Part shown: piece after piece, positions 1-4,443 of the stretch
Layout of the letters: each line of letters opens with the position of its first letter
Numbering within the stretch: the stretch's first letter is position 1
NCBI GenBank assembly: GCA_964373795.1
Contig: CAYJVY010000015.1
Span: 1-5,019 of the forward strand
DNA length: 5,019 bases
Source: an uncultured archaeon
GTDB lineage: Archaea > Iainarchaeota > Iainarchaeia > Iainarchaeales > DATDZZ01
Reading direction: 5' to 3'
The notes under the pieces: model-generated
Seen by the model: the letters and a program-made list of their open reading frames with translations, nothing else
Told to the model about the DNA's origin: nothing
Databases searched by the model: none
Program-made: the position numbers and the translations under genes

Positions 1-155
1 CACTTTCGCTTTCACTGGTGAAATATAAAGAATAATTCCATCAATATGGTTGGTGAGTGTGATGGAACGCTCTCGTCCGTTTCGTTCGTCGTTTAGAAAT
101 GTCCCCCTATCAGTCGTTTAGCCACTAAAAATTATTGAACTTAACTTGGGCTTAT

Positions 156-222
156 GAGAAGTTTGCAAAGCGAATTTGAGTGGAGAAGTCTGCAAGACTT
201 CGGAACCGTTAAATTCTTGTTA
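156..222. repeat. Intergenic repeat element, copy A (about 67 nt, ends in the perfect 17-nt core CCGTTAAATTCTTGTTA at 206-222)
   Basis: Aligns with 1015-1097. Shared blocks in the same order and orientation: GAGAAGTT (156-163), AATTTGAGTGGAGAA (173-187), CTGCAAG (190-196), and the identical 17-mer (206-222). Confidence 0.7.
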
Positions 223-262
223 TATTCCCTAAAGGGCCGAAATTTAGTGCAACGTTCCGAAG
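185..262 (+). other. Secondary-structure module: hairpin 185-201 competing with a long-range 12-bp helix 198-210/251-262
   Basis: GAAGTC-tgcaa-GACTTC forms a 6-bp perfect stem (185-190/196-201). CTTCGGAA(C)CGTT (198-210) is complementary to AACGTTCCGAAG (251-262) with one bulged C. The two structures share 198-201 and so exclude each other. A T5 run follows at 268-272. The pairing is read directly from the sequence; function is unknown. Confidence 0.45.
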
Positions 263-345
263 GGAAATTTTTGAGTTGTCGGCACTGTATAGAAAACCGT
301 GGGTCGGCGAAGATATAAAGCTAAACTTTATTAAGTTTAATTAGT

Positions 346-353
346 TATTTAAA
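346..353 (+). promoter_or_regulatory. Archaeal TATA-box candidate (TATTTAAA) for the SpoU-family gene
   Basis: The octamer starts 33 nt upstream of the ATG at 379, and its reverse complement is TTTAAATA (box A-like). The same octamer recurs at 2410-2417 and 4412-4419 in promoter positions. This geometry implies a leaderless or near-leaderless mRNA. Confidence 0.45.
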
Positions 354-378
354 TCAGTATTAAAACTCAGTGGTTAAA

Positions 379-996
379 ATGTCAAGAATATCTCTACGAA
401 AGATGGCAAAGAAAGCTTCAGTTTTTAGGTCTAGAACATTGGTTTGTGTTGTCGAAAACCCTAAATTAATTAATAATTTGACGGGAATAGTTAGAACAGC
501 TGAAGCAATAGGTGTAGGCAAAGTATATTTAATTGACAACGGTCAATTAAAACTTCCAAAAGATTGGCAAAGCATGCGTGATGACTCCAAATTACTTAAC
601 TTAAGCGCTTCTGCAATTAAATGGCTATACGTGAAAAAATTTTCTTCTACATCTGAATGCCTGCAACACTTAGCTAAAAAAAATTTTACAAATATTGGGA
701 CATCTCCACATCTGTTAGGCAAAAAAAACGTTCCTCTTTGGGAGGGAAAATACACTCAGCATCATTTGGCTGTATGGTTTGGCAATGAGGTTCGCGGTTT
801 ATCGCAAGAGGCCTTAGATGCTTGTGATTTTTGTATTCAAATCCCCATGTATGGAATTATTGAGAGTATGAACCTTAGTTCTTCTGCTTCGGTAGTTCTT
901 AACTACATTGTAGAAAAAAGACAAGAGTTTTCTAGAAGAAAACTTGATAAAAAATATATCAAGCCTAACCCTAATAACATTTCTGCTGACAATTGA
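379..996 (+). CDS. SPOUT-superfamily SpoU/TrmH-family RNA (tRNA/rRNA) 2'-O-ribose methyltransferase
   Basis: The track ORF is 370-996. SpoU signature blocks are present: NLTGIVRTAEAIGV (motif 1-like), GNEVRGLS (motif 2) and IPMYGIIESMNLSSSASVVL (motif 3, knot region). I prefer the ATG at 379 over the GTG at 370 because of the TATA spacing and the absence of an SD sequence; either start is possible. The substrate (which tRNA or rRNA position) cannot be assigned from sequence alone. Confidence 0.85.
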   Translation: MSRISLRKMAKKASVFRSRTLVCVVENPKLINNLTGIVRTAEAIGVGKVYLIDNGQLKLPKDWQSMRDDSKLLNLSASAIKWLYVKKFSSTSECLQHLAKKNFTNIGTSPHLLGKKNVPLWEGKYTQHHLAVWFGNEVRGLSQEALDACDFCIQIPMYGIIESMNLSSSASVVLNYIVEKRQEFSRRKLDKKYIKPNPNNISADN

Positions 997-1014
997 TTAT
1001 AACATCGCGATTAA

Positions 1015-1097
1015 GAGAAGTTGAATTTTTGAGGCAACTCACAAAAATTCAATTTGGGTCGAGGAACTGCAAGTCAAGAGCCGTTAAATTCTTGTTA
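1015..1097. repeat. Intergenic repeat element, copy B (about 83 nt, ends in the perfect 17-nt core at 1081-1097)
   Basis: Carries the same blocks as copy A: GAGAAGTT (1015-1022), AATTTGGGTCGAGGAA (1051-1066), CTGCAAG (1067-1073) and CCGTTAAATTCTTGTTA (1081-1097). It also has an inner stem that copy A lacks. Confidence 0.7.
1018..1055 (+). terminator. Stem-loop just downstream of the SpoU-family stop codon, containing a T5 run; possible transcript 3' end
   Basis: AAGTTGAATTTTTG (1018-1031) pairs with CAAAAATTCAATTT (1042-1055). That gives 11 consecutive Watson-Crick pairs, then one G-U and two A-T pairs, with a 10-nt loop. T5 lies at 1026-1030. The hairpin starts 22 nt after the stop codon at 994-996. 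Archaeal termination relies mainly on oligo-T, so the hairpin's role is uncertain; it is also part of repeat copy B. Confidence 0.35.
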
Positions 1098-1256
1098 ATT
1101 AATATAAATTCTGCACTAAAAGAAATTTAAAATAGTTTTGGAGGCATATTTTCGCTGAAGCAGAATAGTTGTTCTTAAACCAGTTAACTTTCAGTAAACT
1201 TATATGTATATTTAAAACAGCATTGAAGCAAAAGAATAATTCAAACACATGGAAAG

Positions 1257-1266
1257 TATTTTAAAT
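1257..1266 (+). promoter_or_regulatory. TATA-like box candidate (TATTTTAAAT) for the 204-aa gene
   Basis: AT-rich box about 55-60 nt upstream of the ATG at 1319. It would give a roughly 30-nt leader carrying the SD sequence. Other AT-rich candidates exist nearby, for example 1201-1218. Confidence 0.3.
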
Positions 1267-1304
1267 TCCGGAAGAGTTAATTATTTCAAAGACAGGCGTG
1301 AATT

Positions 1305-1311
1305 AAGGAGG
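1305..1311 (+). promoter_or_regulatory. Shine-Dalgarno ribosome-binding site (AAGGAGG)
   Basis: AAGGAGG ends 7 nt before the ATG at 1319, which is canonical spacing. It is the only strong SD sequence in the window. Confidence 0.75.
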
Positions 1312-1318
1312 AAAAAAT

Positions 1319-1933
1319 ATGGCTAGAAGTGTGAAAAGCGTTCTCAAATTAGTTGCAGTATTAGCTGGTCTTGGAGGGCTTGTTGGAGCACAGTATGGAG
1401 GTACAACAGCTAAAACAGTTCCAGTTCCAGGAAATGTTTTAAGTTACGCAAAAGAAGCCACTGGAGTTGCAAAAGATTTAAGGGAAAGTTTGAAAAAACA
1501 AGGCTTTAGTGTAATGGATCCATTTTTTCATGCAGTTCACCCAGATAGAACTACTGAAAATGTTTTAAGGCTAGGCCATAATCCAATGTCACGTCCAGTC
1601 AATAAAGGAGTGCGAATCTCAAATCCAAATGTTCCTGGCGGGAGCGTTCAAAGTTTGGAGTTGTTTCTGAGAACACATCCAGAAGCAGTCTCACCTGCAC
1701 TTGTTTCAAGAATTGAAGCAGTCACTAAAAGCTTTAATAAAGTTCAACCTGACTTAATGAAATGGAGATCACAAGAAGCGAAACTGATTAACAGGGGATT
1801 ACTTCATTATGGAAAAAGAGGAGCAGGAATTGGAGCATTAGCTGGATTTGGATTGGCTGGAGCCCTTGGAGCTGCTGGTGCACTTAGAAGAAGAAAAGAA
1901 AATAAAGCAACAAGATGGCGTGCAAGAAGATAA
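1319..1933 (+). CDS. Hypothetical membrane protein with an N-terminal signal-anchor/TM helix, a domain of about 140 aa with no recognisable family, and a C-terminal Gly/Ala-zipper TM helix plus basic tail
   Basis: 204-codon ORF with a strong SD sequence and a downstream terminator. The N-terminus MARSVKSVLKLVAVLAGLGGLVGA is basic then hydrophobic. The C-terminus GAGIGALAGFGLAGALGAAGAL is followed by RRRKENKATRWRARR. Third codon positions are mostly A/T and Arg is mostly AGA, like the neighbouring genes. I recognise no family signature. Confidence 0.8.
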   Translation: MARSVKSVLKLVAVLAGLGGLVGAQYGGTTAKTVPVPGNVLSYAKEATGVAKDLRESLKKQGFSVMDPFFHAVHPDRTTENVLRLGHNPMSRPVNKGVRISNPNVPGGSVQSLELFLRTHPEAVSPALVSRIEAVTKSFNKVQPDLMKWRSQEAKLINRGLLHYGKRGAGIGALAGFGLAGALGAAGALRRRKENKATRWRARR

Positions 1934-1938
1934 TTCAA

Positions 1939-1974
1939 GGAAAAAGGTTTTCCAATACAAATGTTTTCTTTTTT
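1939..1974 (+). terminator. Hairpin plus oligo-T tract downstream of the 204-aa gene
   Basis: GGAAAA-agg-TTTTCC (1939-1953) begins 6 nt after the stop codon. It is followed by TTTTCTTTTTT (1964-1974). Oligo-T tracts are the established archaeal termination signal. Confidence 0.55.
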
Positions 1975-2075
1975 GCAAAGCCCTGTTCAAAACATTCAAT
2001 GCAAGTTGGGAATCAATATTTCTGCTTAAACTCTAGCCTATGCATTTTCTGGAAACTGTTGGTGCTTGATTTTGT

Positions 2076-2093
2076 CTATTTGGGCCCAAATAG
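2076..2093. repeat. Perfect 18-bp palindrome CTATTTGGGCCCAAATAG
   Basis: The sequence is its own reverse complement with no spacer. It lies in the 212-nt spacer between the convergent 204-aa and 81-aa genes. No oligo-T follows on either strand. Confidence 0.6.
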
Positions 2094-2145
2094 GTGTAGC
2101 TAACTTTACAGCTAATGTTTTGGAAATTTTCCATGCAAGCAGAAA

Positions 2146-2391
2146 TTATTCTTGTTTTACAGGAATTCGTCTTCTTCTAAGATAGCCTAATAATCTGTCT
2201 GAATCAATTCCACTTATTCTTGAAGCATTGGCAATATCTTCTCTTGTAACAAGTCTTCTAGTACTTAAACTTACTAGACGTTTTGCATTTATGGCTACTC
2301 TTCGATCTAAATGTTGTCCTGAAAAAATTCTTGTATGTCTTGTTCCAACAGGCTTTCCAGGTTGAATCTTTCTAGGTAATACTCCTGGCAT
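2146..2391 (-). CDS. Small, highly basic hypothetical protein (81 aa), possible nucleic-acid-binding or HTH-like C-terminal half
   Basis: The ORF fills the gap between the convergent spacer and the divergent promoter. It has 15 Arg and 4 Lys against 6 Asp/Glu (my count). AGA-dominated Arg codons match the neighbours. The C-terminal segment LVTREDIANASRISGIDSDRLLGYLRRRRIP loosely resembles an excisionase/MerR-type helix-turn-helix. No family is confidently recognised. Confidence 0.6.
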   Translation of the reverse strand: MPGVLPRKIQPGKPVGTRHTRIFSGQHLDRRVAINAKRLVSLSTRRLVTREDIANASRISGIDSDRLLGYLRRRRIPVKQE

Positions 2392-2399
2392 GCAATCAC

Positions 2400-2418
2400 T
2401 TAAAAAATATATTTAAAC
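2400..2418. promoter_or_regulatory. Shared divergent promoter core (TTAAAAAATATATTTAAAC) in the 41-bp spacer between the 81-aa gene and dedA
   Basis: It contains the 10-bp palindrome AAATATATTT (2405-2414) and the octamer TATTTAAA (2410-2417, TTTAAATA on the minus strand). The palindrome lies 13 nt from the minus-strand ATG (2391) and 18 nt from the plus-strand ATG (2433). Both genes would therefore be leaderless or nearly so. Confidence 0.45.
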
Positions 2419-2432
2419 TTGAATAAAATACT

Positions 2433-3038
2433 ATGCCTGGGTTAGAGGAAATAATTACTCAATTTCTTTTAAGTTTTGGTTATCTTGCCTTGTTTGGAAT
2501 AGTTTTTGCTGAATCAGGTTTATTTTTTGGATTTTTTTTGCCTGGAGATTCATTGCTTTTTATTGCAGGGCTTTTAGCTTCTAGAGGATTTTTTAATATT
2601 TATTTAGTGTTAATTGGAGTAGCCTTTTTTGCTATTTTGGGAGATCAAGTTGGTTACTGGTTTGGAAAAAAGTTTGGGAAAAGATTTTTTAATAAAAAGG
2701 ATTCTTTTTTTCGAAACCCAAAGCACTTAATTGAAGCTGAAAACTTTTATAAAAAACATGGAAAAAAAGCAATTGTTTTGGCTAGATTTATTCCTGTTAT
2801 TAGAACTTTTGCTCCAATTGTTGCAGGAATTGCAAACATGGAGTATAAATCCTTTATTGCATTCAACATTTTTGGAGGGGTTTTGTGGACAATTGTTTTT
2901 GTTGGATTAGGATTTTTTTTGGGCAAAACAATTCCTGATGCAGGAAATTATTTAAGCATAATTATTTTAGCAATAATTGTTTTGTCTTTAATTCCAATTA
3001 TTTTAGAGGTTTTTAAAATCAGTAAAAATTTAAAATGA
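2433..3038 (+). CDS. dedA: DedA-family (VTT/SNARE-associated domain) integral membrane protein
   Basis: 201 aa and multi-TM. Family hallmarks are present: FAESGLFFGFFLPGDSLLFIAGLLA, GDQVGYWFGKKFGKRFF, and HGKKAIVLARFIPVIRTFAPIVAGI followed by hydrophobic helices. Confidence 0.92.
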   Translation: MPGLEEIITQFLLSFGYLALFGIVFAESGLFFGFFLPGDSLLFIAGLLASRGFFNIYLVLIGVAFFAILGDQVGYWFGKKFGKRFFNKKDSFFRNPKHLIEAENFYKKHGKKAIVLARFIPVIRTFAPIVAGIANMEYKSFIAFNIFGGVLWTIVFVGLGFFLGKTIPDAGNYLSIIILAIIVLSLIPIILEVFKISKNLK

Positions 3039-3050
3039 CAAGCAATTTAA

Positions 3051-4367
3051 TTAATCTATTGGGAATTCTATGTCACTGCACTTGCTTATTTCTCCCCTTA
3101 GGTTTTCTGTAATAAGTTTTTTTGCTTCTTCTTTTGAATAGTTTCCTAAAAGCCATGCAAGTTTTAAGAAAGCTGTTTCAGTTAACATGTCTTCTCCAAA
3201 AATTACTCCTAAATTCACTAGTCTTCTGCAGTTAGTGTAAGCATATGGGTGAACTCTTCCAAAAATGCATTGAGAGGTAACTACTACAATGCATCCTGAT
3301 TCAATTAATTCTTTTAATGCTTTTTCGTTTCCTGCGTTTTCTTTTGTATTAATTGGGCCTTGACCTAAACCCGTTATTTCAAAAACTAATCCCTTGTAAT
3401 TGTGTTTTCTTAAAGTGTCCAGCAATATTGGATCGAAGTTTGTATAACTTCTTATAATTGCTACTTTTTCTTCCATTTTATCTAAAACTTTTAACCTGTT
3501 TTTTTCATTTTTCTTTGAATAATTTTCGCTTAAGTATTGAATTTCTCTTGATTGGAAATTAATTCTTGCAATTGGTTTAGAGTTAACTGCTTTAAATGCA
3601 TCTCTTCTGCTTGTATGAAGTTTTCTTGTATTAGTGCCTGGAAGTATTACGCAGTTTTCATCACTTGTTGTTTCATGCATGCAAATAGCTACTCCTGCAA
3701 AATCTGTTTTAGAAATAAATTCTGCTGCACAAATTAAGTTTATTGCTGCATCGCTTGCCCCTCTGTCACTAGATCTTTGGGCTCCAACTAAGATTACTGG
3801 AATGTTAATGCCTTCAAGCATAAAACTTAATGCAGCAGCAGTATACCCTAAAGTATCAGTTCCATGGCCAATAATTATTCCTTTAACATTGTTTTTCACT
3901 TGTTTTTCAATTGCTTTAGCCATTAATTGATGATTTTCAAATCTCATGTCTTCTGACATCATGCTACTAATTAACTCAGTTTTAATGTTTGCAATTTCAG
4001 TTATTTCTGGGAATAAAGTAATTAAGTCTTCAGCATTAAATGAAGCAAAAACTCCTCCAGTTGAATAATTTATTCTTGAAGCAATTGTTCCACCTGTATG
4101 CAGAATTGAAATTGTTGGCTTGTTTGGATTGAATTCAATTTTTTTTGGTTCAGGTTTTCCAATTTTTCTTTTTTCTTTCTTTTTTTTCACTTCTTTTACA
4201 TCATTTAATGCAAAACCTGCGTTATATCCATTTAATGCTTTTAAGGCTAAAATGTTTTCATTATCTGATGGAATAACAAATCCTTCAAAGCTTCCCTTAC
4301 TTAAATTGATTTCAATTAAGTCTCCAATTTCTAGGGAGTGCTTTTTTAAAAAATCTTTTACATTCAT
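3051..4367 (-). CDS. gatD: Glutamyl-tRNA(Gln) amidotransferase subunit D (GatD)
   Basis: Asparaginase-type catalytic blocks are present: ISILHTGGTIASR, GIIIGHGTDTLGYTAAALSF, VGAQRSSDRGASDAAINL and RKLHTSRRDAF. There is also the GatD-specific N-terminal domain (GDLIEINLSKGSFEGFVIPS) and a Lys-rich linker. The maximal ORF starts at 4397 (MNILSLIGEK...). I place the start at the second ATG (4367, MNVKDFLKKHSLEIGD) because, from memory, characterised GatD N-termini begin at this point. No gatE is present in the window. Confidence 0.93.
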   Translation of the reverse strand: MNVKDFLKKHSLEIGDLIEINLSKGSFEGFVIPSDNENILALKALNGYNAGFALNDVKEVKKKKEKRKIGKPEPKKIEFNPNKPTISILHTGGTIASRINYSTGGVFASFNAEDLITLFPEITEIANIKTELISSMMSEDMRFENHQLMAKAIEKQVKNNVKGIIIGHGTDTLGYTAAALSFMLEGINIPVILVGAQRSSDRGASDAAINLICAAEFISKTDFAGVAICMHETTSDENCVILPGTNTRKLHTSRRDAFKAVNSKPIARINFQSREIQYLSENYSKKNEKNRLKVLDKMEEKVAIIRSYTNFDPILLDTLRKHNYKGLVFEITGLGQGPINTKENAGNEKALKELIESGCIVVVTSQCIFGRVHPYAYTNCRRLVNLGVIFGEDMLTETAFLKLAWLLGNYSKEEAKKLITENLRGEISKCSDIEFPID

Positions 4368-4411
4368 TTTTTCGCCAATCAAACTCAATATATTCATTCA
4401 ACTAACTAAAG

Positions 4412-4419
4412 TATTTAAA
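4412..4419. promoter_or_regulatory. TATA-box candidate (TATTTAAA) in the gatD/amidohydrolase divergent spacer
   Basis: The octamer starts 32 nt upstream of the ATG at 4444, against 33 nt for the same octamer upstream of the SpoU-family gene. No SD sequence precedes 4444, so a leaderless mRNA is likely. A second AT-rich box, AATATATT on the minus strand (4394-4387), lies about 27 nt upstream of the gatD ATG at 4367. Confidence 0.45.
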
Positions 4420-4443
4420 GCCTTTTTTCAACCTATTTTTTTC

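Noticed and set aside
1-35. Possible 3' end of an upstream plus-strand gene (stops at 19-21, 26-28, 33-35 in the three frames), or a GTG start at 15-13 for a minus-strand gene leaving the window
   Set aside because: Too little sequence lies inside the window to evaluate any of these, and no motif or signal supports one over the others.
57-125. Box C-like GTGATGG (58-64), the repeated GTCGTTTAG, and a general look for tRNA, 5S or C/D sRNA in the left spacer
   Set aside because: There is no exact RUGAUGA/CUGA pairing at the right spacing. There is no T-loop (GTTCRAATC) or cloverleaf, and the match to 5S is limited to a few bases. I cannot support any specific RNA-gene call by eye.
154-318. 54-codon ORF below the track threshold (MRSLQSEFEWRSLQDFGTVKFLLYSLKGRNLVQRSEGKFLSCRHCIENRGSAKI) covering repeat copy A and the helices
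   Set aside because: It has no SD sequence and no TATA box at a suitable distance. The homologous copy B has no ATG in the corresponding frame. The conserved CTGCAAG block is read in different frames in the two copies, so the conservation is nucleotide-level. A non-coding role is more likely.
676-728. Two A8 homopolymers (676-683, 721-728) in the SpoU-family gene, plus A8 at 4903-4910, as possible slippage or phase-variation sites
   Set aside because: They encode in-frame Lys-Lys-Asn runs, and the reading frames are intact. Such tracts are expected in AT-rich, Lys-rich genomes, and there is no sign of a frameshift.
543-755. 70-aa antisense ORF inside the SpoU-family gene
   Set aside because: It lies entirely within, and antisense to, a CDS with clear family motifs. 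It is Cys- and Phe-rich with no motif support, which is typical of a shadow ORF.
1249-1326. 25-codon upstream ORF (MESILNSGRVNYFKDRRELRRKKYG) overlapping the SD sequence and start of the 204-aa gene
   Set aside because: It is short and has no initiation signal of its own. Its composition is what random AT-rich sequence would give. I cannot separate it from chance, and it would matter only if ribosome profiling showed translation.
1820-1933. PGF-CTERM/archaeosortase-type sorting signal at the C-terminus of the 204-aa protein (..LAGFGLAGALGAAGALRRRK..)
   Set aside because: The motif reads AGF, not PGF. The hydrophobic stretch after GF is only about 12 residues. The basic tail of 15 residues is much longer than the few residues typical of PGF-CTERM. 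I treat it as a generic Gly-zipper membrane anchor unless a TIGR04126-type HMM scores it.
1848-2103. Two 62-aa plus-strand ORFs (1848-2036, 1915-2103) spanning the 3' end of the 204-aa gene and the convergent spacer
   Set aside because: They overlap a better-supported CDS out of frame and run through its hairpin and oligo-T terminator. They have no SD or TATA signal, and the peptides are low-complexity and Cys/Phe-rich.
2383-2441. Imperfect inverted repeat CCTGGCAT...ATGCCTGG embedding both divergent start codons (both proteins begin MPG)
   Set aside because: It is only a 7-of-8 match. It is explained by both genes starting Met-Pro-Gly, and is too short to distinguish from coincidence.
3552-3930. 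Antisense ORFs of 61 aa (3552-3737) and 98 aa (3634-3930) opposite gatD
   Set aside because: They lie opposite the most conserved asparaginase-domain part of gatD. Long antisense frames are common opposite conserved AT-rich genes, and there are no signals or motifs.
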